The position numbers were made by a program, and so were the translations under genes. The notes beneath the pieces are model-generated. The model did not search any database, had not been told where the DNA came from, and was given only the letters and a program-made list of their open reading frames with translations. This document shows positions 25,203 to 36,480 of a stretch of DNA of 64,000 bases, in pieces. Location of the stretch: the NCBI GenBank assembly GCA_050575255.1, contig JBNZDD010013568.1, positions 1,419,243-1,483,242 on the forward strand, in the 5' to 3' direction. The number at the start of each line of letters is the position of its first letter. Within the stretch, counting starts at the first letter, position 1. Origin of the DNA: Harriotta raleighana. Its lineage: Eukaryota.

Positions 25203-25523
25203 ATCTTGTAGCTCAGTGGTTAGAGCACTTGCCTTACAAGCCTGAGACCCGTGTTTCGAATCCAGGCAGGTCAGGGCGAAACCTTGGGCAAGTTTCCTTA
25301 CTCCACACACGCGCCCAATAATAATCCATCCCAAAAAACTATAATAAATTGGTCATTTCAATCCACGACTGTTTGTGGGGACGCTGCTGTGCGCAATTGG
25401 CTGCTACGTTTCACCCACAAATATACAGTCAATTCACTTTACAGTATATTCTGTGAAGCACTTTGAGACGTCTAGAAGATGTGGACAGCGCTATACCAAA
25501 TTTAAGCATTATCATATTATTAT
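25203..25523 (+). mobile_element. Full-length tRNA-derived SINE (Pol III A/B boxes, Deu-like body, L2-type tail C)
   Basis: A box tagctcagtgg 25209-25219, B box gtttcgaatcc 25253-25263, body ctgtttgtggggacgctgctgtgcgcaattggctgc, tail stem-loop and (ATT)n; many partial copies in the window. Confidence 0.9.
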
Positions 25524-25580
25524 CTCAATGCCCCACACCCCCTGAGCGCATCTCAGAGGGGTGTGGGGCATCCCTATCCT

Positions 25581-25974
25581 AGAGAGGATTGGTTTCAAGA
25601 TCCTCACCCTCGTCTTCAAATCTCTCCACTCCTCTGGACCTCCTCTCTGACCTCCTCTCTCCTCAAACCAGCACCCGTTGCCTTCGCTCCACTGGGTCTG
25701 GCCTCCTCCATGTCCCCCGAAGCCTCTGCCCCACCCTCGGCAGCCGTGCCTTCAGCCACTATGCCCCGAGGCTCCGGAATTTCCTTCCTCACTCTCTCCG
25801 CCTCGCCCCCTCTTTTTCCAGTTTCAGGTCCCAGCTGAAGATCTTTCTCTTCAACCACGCCTTTGATCACCTTTCTACCCTAGCCCCTGGCTCGGTCCCG
25901 GGATCTGCTATTGTGAAGAGCTCTGAGACGCCGCCTGGCGTGGAGGGCGCTATATAAATCAAAGTTGTTGTTGT
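25581..25974 (+). mobile_element. 5'-truncated L2 LINE with tail type B
   Basis: ERIGFKILTLVFKSLHS...LGSRAFSHYAPRLRNFLPHSLR...FRSQLKIFLF; tail nearly identical to 8090-8182. Confidence 0.9.
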
Positions 25975-26034
25975 CGTCATCTGTCCCACAGTGCTCAGTT
26001 TCCACATTGTGGTGCTGAAGTTTCGCTCTGGAGG

Positions 26035-26120
26035 TTGAGCTCAAGCTCTGTCTCGAGGTTTGAATCCAAAGTCTTTTTTACCCAGAGGCAAGAGTGCTGC
26101 CAACTGAGCCAAAGTGACAT
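26035..26120 (-). mobile_element. Head of older tRNA-derived SINE
   Basis: Reverse complement tggctcagttggcagcactcttgcctctggg...ggattcaaacc shows A and B boxes. Confidence 0.6.
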
Positions 26121-28884
26121 TACACATGAGAGTTGAGGGAAAAAGAAGCATTTAGAAGGTAATAGCGATTGCAGAAATGAATTGGCAAGGACTCCTGTGG
26201 CTTGTTTATTCTCATTCCTTTTCCAATCAACTCAGCCAGAAACGTTCACTGTAACATTAACAAATCCAAGACATTAAATGTTTGATCTCCCCTGAAGTCT
26301 AAACAAATACCCAGGAGCAGTCTGCTCAGATATCAGCCACGCATTTTGCTTCAGTGCTTGGTCAGCTTCGACATAAATTACGTTTATCTTTTATCTATAT
26401 AAATCTTTTCACAGACTTTTTTTTAATAAATGTTAATATCCAGTAAGGATATTAACCGTGATTGCAGACTAATAGCGCACAAAGTATATTTGACACCAGC
26501 TCCATCTGTAATTGCAAGGGAAGGTAGCAGCTCATTTAACAAAACAGTGTGTAACCCTCCCAGAGCCTGGTGATATTTCTATCAGATTACCCCCTAATGC
26601 ACTAAAATACCAATCATTCCACTCAGACCCCCTGCAGCACAGCATTGCAGGGATAGCATTAGGTTTAATAGCCTTGCACAGACCTAATTTCCCAAATGTT
26701 TTCATCTGAATCCTATCACTTTTAACACAGCTTCAGTGGTACAGCGAGCAGAAGCTCAGTGTCCACGAGTGGAGTGCTCACACTTTGGAGCTTTTGTTAT
26801 GCTGGTCATTAGTCCAAGTGCACGAATGATAACTCCCACAACACACAAAGCATCAGTGATTCCACTTGCACTCTGACTGTCAAGATGCTGTCTATTGCTG
26901 AACTTGAACGCAGAGGCAGCAATAACTGGAACTTGTGCACACGGTATGTAGGCTTTGAGAGAACTTTGTGGGTGAAAGCAAATGTGACAGGCAGTCAGCT
27001 CAGGCTCCAGAGGCAGAAAATCCCATTTGGAAAATTCTTCAGCCTTTCTCCAGACAGACAGTTTGGAATCTGTTGCACTTGAAAATAAACTGGCTTTCAA
27101 ATATTAAACGAGTTTATGTAAGAATTTGGATAATTCTGCACAATATAAAATTTTAAGACAAAATTGTTCTCTTGCTGGCGAAGACCTGGTAAAATTTCCC
27201 GTTGTACTGTTTTCGGTCAATTTAATGTAACAATCATTATTCGAGACTCCTTTCCAATGATAAAATTCAAAATAACAAGAACAAGCGAATTTCTGCTTTG
27301 CTTCAGTCGCTAATATCATCTCAGAATGGATTCTAGCCTCCAAGTCTCTCCCAGGAGCCTGTTATTCCTCAGGAACTGATGCATATTAATTATTCAAACT
27401 GATTCCTATCCCGGAATTACACACATCCTTGACCCCTTCTCCCCACCCGAACCAGTCCCATTAGTAAAACAGCACTAAATTCCAGGTGACAGATGTAGCA
27501 GAGGCAGATCTAGTTTGAAGCCAAGGAAAACATTTGGGAATTGAGTCAAGTTGTTTATATAAGCTTGATTTGAATTAATTTGTCTCGCTAGTTCTGAACC
27601 AGAATTAAGAAGTGTGCTGGTTGTTTATTTGAGAAGATATTACATTGTTTTGTACACATCATACAGATTGCAGTTTAAGATGAACATATGGGCCAGCTTC
27701 AGCTCTCATGTGAAGAGAAGGCTTTTTCAGACTAAAGTTACATTCTGTGGTTTTTGTGATATTAGGAAAATAAGCTTTGGGTAAACAAAAAAATTTCTTC
27801 GTAGATGCAAAATTAGTGAGACTTTTGATGTGTGAGAAAAAGCACAATCTTTTTAACATCTCTTAACGAAAAATTCAGTTGTATTTTAACAAAAAAGGAT
27901 CTTATTAAAAATGTCCAATGATCATTCACATGTGTGAAATCTGAAACCGCTCCAAGACCTCAGGAGGTTTGGGTGAAAAAGACCCTTTTGGCCCATTTGA
28001 TCATAACTTTCCAGAATATCCGTCATCCCATTGTAGCATCAAACTGTTTCTTGATTGAGTACAATGCTTGTTGCAGTTACTGCTCCAACTTGTTTGCAGT
28101 TGTAGTGTTCTACAGTAATTGCTCTAAAAAGGTACAATATAGCCGCAATCGCTTCAATTGATTTAAAAGGGGAACGTTTTTCAGATACATTTCTAATCAG
28201 AATCCAGTGCAATCCAGTTGCAAATCCAGTTTGTCTTGTGAATTTCAAACCGCAGTGTGAAGATGAGGTGGAGTTGGTGTGATAGATCTCCTTGTGTGGG
28301 CGGTGTGCTGGGAACAGGAGAGGCTTAGCCTCGTTGTAAGACATTTCCCCATCGTGTCTCTGGCTAATTCTCTTGCTCGTGATTTGGTTACGATTTCACA
28401 TCTCATTGATCAAAACAAATTTCCTCAGTAGCTTTGTGGCAAACAAACTTTCTAATATTTCTCTTCAGTATTCCTCCAGAGAGATTCCTATCTTACGCAG
28501 TCCCCCTACGGGCAGTGCAAGGCAGAGTCTAAACCTCATTTCATTATTCTTTTTCCAACTCCAGCTGCCAAGACTGTCATTTCCCTAGCATCAGTTCTGA
28601 CAACCAATAAGTTCTCTGAGGACTTTATTTTTTACTTTAAATTCAATATTATGCTTCGACAGGCAGTTTATTCCAGAAAACCCAGTGCATCTCTGCTAGA
28701 TTCAATCTCTTTTAACCAAATAATGCCCTGTGGGACATTAGCAAGCCCACTGCCAGCAGGCTTTAGCTGAGTACTGTCCATTTTCATTAACATGTTCTGT
28801 AACTTGATATCAAGTACGCAGGCTAACAAGTGCTTTGCTTTTCCTTCCTCCTTCAGTATTCCCTCTTCTCCGGAAGCTGTCAGC

Positions 28885-29100
28885 TTAGCTTGGCCGGTCA
28901 CGCTCTGATCTTCGGATCAGAAGGTTGTTGGTTCAAGCCTCCTTCTGCAATTTTAAGATCACAGTTTAGAGTTGTCTACTCCAGTTCAGTGCTGGTTAAG
29001 TGCTGCAGGCTCTGGCCTTCAGATTAGACCTTTAGCTGAGCTACTGTCTGGTTGTTTAGGTGGATGTTAGAGACCACGTGACTCTATCGGTAAGGAGAAA
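28885..29100 (+). mobile_element. Older Deu-domain SINE (head + Deu core), degenerate
   Basis: tcagaaggttgttggttcaagcc (B box) followed by ccttcagattagacctttagctgag...ggtggatgttagagacc. Confidence 0.55.
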
Positions 29101-31331
29101 AGAGGCTCAGAAAAAAATAGCAACTAGCATTCCTTCTGGAGAGGTGATTTTTCCTCCCAATAAAACTTACCAGTTGCCAGCCGGAGATGTGCTTGCTGCA
29201 AAGTGAGATGACAAATTTCCCAGCACTACACCTTTAGTGTATTTTAATAGGAATCAATAAAAGGAGCGTTTGAAATTGATGGTTTTCAGTGAGGAGAGGT
29301 AAGTGTGTACGCCCAAGAACTCTAAGCTGTAATGAATCATTTGGAGCTGATTGGACTCCCTGCTATAGCTGTTAAGGCATGCTAAGGCACCCTATAATTA
29401 AAAATTCCACTCCCTGGAGTCTACCTCACAAGGCTCATCAATCAGTCGATTAGGTATCTTCCAGGCGAGAAGCTGTGATTTCTGGATGTACAAATGTACA
29501 AATGGAAGCCATCTGTTATACGCTGCCAGGGACCTCACAAAAAATCCAATTCCATGTATATTGGAGGTAAATAAATCTTGTGTTTTTCGCAGCTCAGAGT
29601 ATTTCAAGGAGCAGCTAATGAGCCAGCCAGAGATAATCCAGTCTTTTGAGGCTCCTTGCTGTCTTTGTGGTTTTCTGTGTGGCAGAAACGCTGTAAATAA
29701 TTCACTTGCTGGCTTGAAGAAATAACTTCCAGAAGACTTTAGACTCTAGTTTAAGGCGGGTCCATTGGTCTATAATAGCACTGTCTTCTCATTCCAAGAT
29801 GTGAAAACAGGGACAAAGATGTAAAAAAAAGTCTCAATGAGATAAACAGCCAACAACTGGTAGTCAAATGGATTGAGGAATGAAATCAGAGATCGGATTT
29901 AATTCCACAGTATCCTTTGTGATGACACGTCAAAATGTTTGTGACGTTTGAGAAGAGAAGCAGCTGGCCCCCTCTGTCATCAGTAGTTGTGACTGGAAGA
30001 CAAATAACTGATATCCTACCCCTCCAACTGTGTATGAGTGTGATTATGTGTGTGTATGATTTTGAAGTGAGTGTATGTGAATGCAGTGGACAGTTCAGTT
30101 AAACACATACTCAGGTTTGAAACAAACCCGCAACATGAATACCTAGTTATCACGTATGTTATCAAACACGTGTATTAAATGGAAATTTAAGTCTGCAACG
30201 CCACACCTGCTCTGCAAAGGAGATCTAACAACAGGCCTAATCTGCAATATGAAAGGGTTAAAAAGAAACATGAGAACGCAATGGAAGTAAAGCCAGGAGA
30301 TGGAGTGCATCTTGGAGAGGGGGAGTACGCAGCCTTCGTTAGATCTGGGGTATCTGAGGCTATCTCTTTAAACATAACTGGTATTGGCAGCTAAATGCTG
30401 TATCAGAAGAAAGTTACTCAGTTTTATTGATCAATTCAAATAACAGGAAGCTCTCAATCAAACAGCCAGTACTTAAATGTCTAGGATTTGAATGGGCAAG
30501 TGTCCGAGAAGCACACATCCATTAGTCGTTGTACAGCAGTAACAATACTGCAGCAGCGAAATGGAACTCAGTCCAATCCCAGTGATTATCCAGCCAGGAA
30601 TGCGTTGTATTAATGCAGCAGTGTCAGCCCCAATGACTGAGATTTCCTTGACATCTGTTGCCTGACGTTTAACCAAGCTAAAATTACAGTCATTTGAATG
30701 AGGTGCGTATAGAGGAGTGGGGTGGTGGGTGGGGGGGGGAACGTACTTAACAGCAGCAGCATCAAGAACAATGCATTTACGAGCAAGTGGGGTTATTTCC
30801 TCAGGCCTGCCTGCAAAACAACAACAACAACAACAACAACAAAATTACACTTATAGAGCGCGTTTCACGTCAGGAGGACGTCCCAAGGCGTCCCAAAATA
30901 AACTTGCGTGACTTGAAACAAAGCCGGGTTTTCTCTTGATCACAATGCCGTCTTCATTTCATGGCATAGCTAAGGACATTTTAGATAGCTTCGCATTTGT
31001 CACTCTGTCAGCTAAAATTCAATAAACGCGGACTGTTGGGTTACATTACACTGGCTGACTCTCCCTCTCCACATATCCTGGCACATATTTTGCAGAGTGT
31101 CCACTGAGCCAGAGCGTATTTGCTTTTAATTTCACTGGGAAAAATAACATACTCTTAGCGGATATTGCATAGACTGTATATAGCAGATATTTTTGCTTGT
31201 TAATTTGAATATTTGGCACCAGCTGATTCAGTGGTAAACCATATAGGCTGCACGGTCACAGGATCCATTCCCAGTATGTACTCAGGTTAGAGTTAGATTA
31301 GAGTGGGTGATTAGAGTGGGGGAGTGAGCAC

Positions 31332-31396
31332 CAACAACAACAACAGCAACCAAATTACATTTGTATAGTGCCTTTAATGTCGGAAGGATGTCCCAA
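31332..31396 (-). mobile_element. L2 tail type A
   Basis: caacaacaac...aaattacatttgtatagtgcctttaatgtcggaaggatgtcccaa. Confidence 0.8.
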
Positions 31397-31613
31397 TTCT
31401 CTGCATTAAACTTCATCTGCCATGTGTCTGCCCACTTTACCATTCTATATATATCTTGCAGATGGTTACAATTCTCCTGACTATTTACTATTCTCCCGAA
31501 CTTAGTATCATCTGCAAACTTGGAAACTGTGCTCCCTACACCCAAGTCCAGATCATTAATATATATTAAAAAGAGCTGTGGTCCCAAAACCGATCCCCGG
31601 GGGACGCCTCTGC
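31397..31613 (-). mobile_element. CR1-clade LINE reverse-transcriptase core fragment
   Basis: Reads RGVPRGSVLGPQLFLIYINDLDLGVGSTVSKFADDTKFGRIVNSQENCNHLQDIYRMVKWADTWQMKFNAE (GVPQGSVLGP and FADD motifs) with no stops. Confidence 0.95.
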
Positions 31614-34600
31614 ACAGCTAGAAGGCTCAGCTTCCAAGGGTGTGACAGGTGGGGGGAGTGCAGGCCCGAGTTTGTTGAGTGGAAGGGAGCCGGTAGCAGG
31701 GGGGGGGGGTCAACATAGTGAGGCTGGAGGTCCCAGCAATAAGGAATGGTGAGGTGGTATATGAATTCATAGGGGGAAATGAATCAATTGAAGTTATTGC
31801 AATGGGAGATCAGGGGCTAGTGGAACCTGGCCAAGTGGCCTCCTTTGAAATGTTCTGACGTTGTGTATCACACGGGATATTGGCCCTTTGAGTCTAGATG
31901 TATATTTGCAACCCCTAGTTACGGAGATATATAAGTCATAAGTCATCGCTGCCAATTCCATGTTGACAAGCTGTGTAGAAACAAAGCCCAGAACTATGAG
32001 GCAGAGACAGAGCTGGATGGAGTGGAGTGCCTCACAGTGATGCATACATCTACCCAAACCACAAGTTGATCTGTATTTGTCATAATATATGTGCAGAAGC
32101 CCACAGACTTCTGGCGAAAGATCTTGTGGTTAGATTAACCAAGAAAGAACTTGGACGCCTGATTGCTACCAGCATTGGAGAAAGTCGTTGCTACCAGGAA
32201 ATATGAATTGCGTTCACACGGCCTGTGTGCTCGAGTCAGATACGGGGGCACCTTGCAAACCAGTTCTCACTTGTCTGATCCTGTGTCTGTTCTGTCGGCT
32301 GTGTATGTGTCACTGAACAGCCACTCCAGCCCAGTCAGCAGAAACCTCGAACAGCTGACTTTCTTGTTTTTATTTTTGAAGTTCTGCTAGTAGATCTGTT
32401 GTTAGTGCAGTTTGCAATCTGTTAACCCTCCGATTGCCAGATGAAAATCAATGTATTTGCCCGGCTGAATTCATATCATTCTGCAGTTTTACTTAACTGA
32501 GTGAGCAGAGAACACAGGCATTGTAGGCTGGCCTTTACTGCGTCCTAAATGTATTGTACCCCAACTACTGTACTAACTAGTGGATAGAGGATCTGTCCTA
32601 ACTTGTTATCAAATTCTCACCAATTAAAGCAATTTCACATCTCCCAGGACTGCACAAGAAATCAAAAGGCCCTGTAGCTTCCACTTAAAGGTGCAAACTC
32701 CCTCCTCCCGAAGTGAACGGCGCTGTATAAATATAATTTTTCTGTTGTTGTTGTTTTGCTGTTGTTGTTGTTGTTGTGAATCACTTTCCCAGGGAGGGCT
32801 TTCCTCTCTAATAGACTGATTGTGTAACTCGTGCGAGGACGGTTCTGTGCAGCTTTGTGCAAACTGACAGCACCCCAGCCAAGAATTCTTAACTGCGACT
32901 CTGCTAACCTTTATCCAGCTGGAGCCAGTGCGAGGTCAGATTTCAGCACCAGCTGTATGGTCAGCTACTCAAACGCTAGTTAAATAGATGGAAGTAGTCG
33001 GTGGGAGATACAGTAGTAAGAGCGAGTTTCAACTGATAGGAATTCTCAGACACGCTACACATGTTCTAAACAACGCCCCTGCAGCACCCCACCCTCAAAA
33101 CAAACAATACAACAGCTCTAGAAAGGCAATCAGAAGTCCACTTCACAGTACATAGCCTTGGGAGGTCCTCCCGACGTGAACGGTGCTCTATAAATATAAT
33201 TTTATTGTTGATTTTGTTGTTGTACATCCCATGAAGCTCTTTGGGACATCCACCCGATGTGAAAGTTGCTCTATCAAATGCAAGGATAAATTCTTAATTA
33301 TTATATTGATGACTACATTGAATTCGTGTGGCTGCCAATCACTTTAACCTGACCAACACATTTCACTGCATAAGCCAAGAGCAGGATCGTTTAATTTAAA
33401 GGTACAGACCTAACCAGCGTGAACCAAGGACAATCCTCTACACCTAACAGACTCTGTGAGTGACTTCACACTCCAGAGATTGAATGCAAACGAAGTCTTA
33501 TTTTGGTTCCAGGGGCACAAGATTGACGAACACAATGAAGACTAAAATGACTGGAAGGAGATGTACTCAGTTGAGGGCCCCATTGCAGAGAAGACATAGC
33601 CCAACAGTGATTGTTGTATCACTGCCACACTGCCCCCTTCTGGTGGAAGAGCAGGTGAGTACGATGCACCCTACCCTTCGCAGAATTACATGGAACGCTA
33701 CAGCAAGAAAATTGCAGCTTCCAATGTGCGACTCTCTCGAGATCATTTCTCCTTTATTCTCCTCTTCTAATCAAACCAATGAGTATCGCTGTCCTCCAGC
33801 GCTTGATCCAATTGGTCTTGCTTACGCAGCACTCCTTGAGACGTCCTCCCTCCCGACGTGAAAGGTGCTCTAGAAATTTAATTTTGTTGTTGAGTGTTGC
33901 CGGGCTATCTCACAGAGCAGAGGCATCACAGGCCTGTCAGATCCTGTACTCGCCCGGCGAACACAATCAGGAATGGGATCACAATCAGGATCTTGATCCT
34001 CTCTAGCATTTAATATACAAGTGACTGCATCGACCATTTACACGTCGAGTCATTAGGACGTTAAATACGCATGTTTCTCTGTATAAGTTAAATATGAGAA
34101 TAGAAGAGGTAGGAGTGGTAATATGAAGAACGGTGTTTATCTCTACAGCTGGTCCAGTGACTGCCAATGTGATTTATCTCACCCACGAGGTGCCTGTTTG
34201 CTCAATGCTGGACAGTGTCTGTTTTTTGTCAGGCGTACAGTCGTGATTTACCACAAAGCATGGCTTGCTTTAAACTGGTGAGACAAGATTTGTAACATTG
34301 TGATGATTATTTGGGAAGGATTAATCAGAGCAGAAGCTTGCGGGGGCAATAATTCTCCATGTCCACAGCCCTGTTACTGATTCAGAATTGCTGATTGGAA
34401 GGGATTCCTGATCGTCCAGTGAGTGGCTTATGGTTTAGCTCCACTACATGCCTCAGTGTCTGTCTGTTGGCAGCTAAGGGGACAGCTGCCTTCATCTGCT
34501 CCTTAATGGTATGATGCCTCTGGCTGACCCTTCAGGCTATCAAGTTCAGTCATGTTTCCATGGAGTCTGGGAAAGGCTAGCGGGTCAGCCTATGGGATCA

Positions 34601-35189
34601 GCTTTGATCACTTTTAGTTTATCCTAGTACAACCCAAGAGAAACCTTTGTTACCCCAAAGATCAGAAGGAATTTTACAGCCCTGTAAATTGTTCACTACA
34701 GTATAACCAAACTGCTCCTCTTCTAAGTAGAGGATTCTTTGTACCCAGTTCATAAATAAACCACCGACTCTATAACGCTTTCACTCAGGTGAAGAAGTTG
34801 CCGAGTTTGCAAAGCCTCTCAGAGAACATGGTTTATTTCCTATAACAATGAGGCGATCTCAAAGTACATTTCACAAACTTCCTGTAAAATGTAGTGACTC
34901 TTTTGTTTGTAGGTGAGCTGTTTCCATGTTACGATTTGTAAGAAACTTAGAAATACAGAAGGAAGCATTTGTCCTATCGTTGTCTCTGAAAAAGCCTGTC
35001 TAATCTCATTGTTCTGCCCTATTTCGCCTCACCCCTCACAGTCCTTGTATTCGGTACAGCGCCTTATCTCGTTGGAATGACGTCTCAAAGTGCTTCACAG
35101 GAATTACTGTGAAACGAAGCGACTGTAGGCAAAGAGGTTTCTACTTTCCTTGGCTAAGAAGTGGTACTTACTTTCAGAGACAAATTACC

Positions 35190-35440
35190 AGCAGGTCAAG
35201 ACGAAACCTTGGGCAAGTTTCCTTACTGCACACACCAGATAATAATCCCTAAAATAAAAAAAAATTCATTGGCCACTTCAATCCAGGACTGTTTGTGGGA
35301 CAGTGCTATGCACAATTGGCTACCGCGTTTCGCCCACATATAGACAGTGAATTCACTTCACAGTATATTCTGTGAAGCGCTTTGAGACATCCAGCAGATG
35401 TGATATATCAAATGCAAGCATTAGTATTATTATTACTAAT
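35190..35440 (+). mobile_element. tRNA/Deu SINE lacking the A box (tail C)
   Basis: gcaggtcaagacgaaaccttgggcaagtttccttact... colinear with 25266-25523. Confidence 0.85.
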
Positions 35441-36264
35441 ACTACTACCGCCATCAGGCTGCAACAGCTAACTACTGCCCTTTCCACTGATGCTTTTGAC
35501 TCCGCACATTACACTACCATAGGTGTGCACGGCCTTTATGAGAGGGTTTACAAAAAAGAACCTTGCCCCCCATTCCTACACACAGCTGAACTGTAGGATT
35601 TGCTCCCGTCTCTTCTGTACGGCTCCCGTCATTGCTCATTGAAAGATCTGTTGCCATCCCACCGGTAGCTGTCATGTTACACAGGAGTAACAAGCAGCTA
35701 TAAAGGCTTTCGTGCACTGTGATCAGCCTCCCCCAGAGAAAGCGAGGCAATGGAACCACATACTGTTTCTCCAGGTGAGCACTCAGTAACTATAGATATT
35801 GTGTGCTTCATTTTGATTATGTTGCTTTTGTAGCTGGAATTGGGGATTAGTCAATTGAGCGACTCACTGAGACTTGTGACCAGAGTCTCTGTCACCTCTG
35901 AATGAGAGGGTTAGCATCGGACAGATGCACCAAGAGCACACTACAGTCTTGTACTGATCAGGGAGTGAGACAGTGATGAGCTCTGGCGATCCGAAACTTA
36001 CTGGGTGTCAATCTGAATGATTTGTACCTGGGTTTGCCCGAGTGAATGGTGCACAGGCCACCAAATGCCACCCATACAGTCACAGTTGAATTAGGTGTTG
36101 TATTTCAGATTAGGAGCATTGAGGAAGATGTGGGTTCTGTCAAAACAACTCAAGAGATAGAGGAAAGCAGCAAAATTGGACTCAGTTCTTAGTTGCAGCT
36201 TGCTTGAAGATTGAGGACACATGAAGGAGGGAGTTCCTTTAGGTCTAGTCCGTTGTTGTTTTGA

Positions 36265-36480
36265 GGATAGGCTGGGAAAATCAGGGCTGTTTTATCTTGA
36301 AAATAATAATTATTGTATTTGATACATACTACATATATATTTGAAAATAGAAGATTAAGAGATTAATAAAGATTTTCAAAATTCTAGGAGATTTTGCGAA
36401 GATAAATAATGAAATATTGTACTCTCAGTGATATTTAAATTGTTAACAAGGGTCATAAAATTAGGATTATAATTCAAATT
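36265..36480 (+). mobile_element. Decayed CR1 3' fragment with a short nested insertion
   Basis: aggctgggaaaatcagggctgttttatcttg...agaagattaagagattaataaagattttcaaaattct...acaagggtcataaa; ttgaaaata duplicated at 36297-36305 and 36341-36349 around a SINE-tail-like insert. Confidence 0.55.

Noticed and set aside
25203-25275. tRNA gene (also 42205-42282)
   Set aside because: A and B boxes are present but there is no acceptor stem, and it continues into a multi-copy SINE body
30187-30395. Both-strand open segment with purine-rich, coding-like composition
   Set aside because: No convincing splice sites and no recognisable protein similarity
31282-31587. Functional reverse transcriptase CDS
   Set aside because: Only about 70 codons of CR1 RT; annotated as a mobile-element fragment
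35971-36005. Additional hammerhead or C/D-box motif (gtgatgagctctggcgatccgaaac)
   Set aside because: First core base is wrong, stem II does not pair, no pLTR context, and too short for a C/D snoRNA
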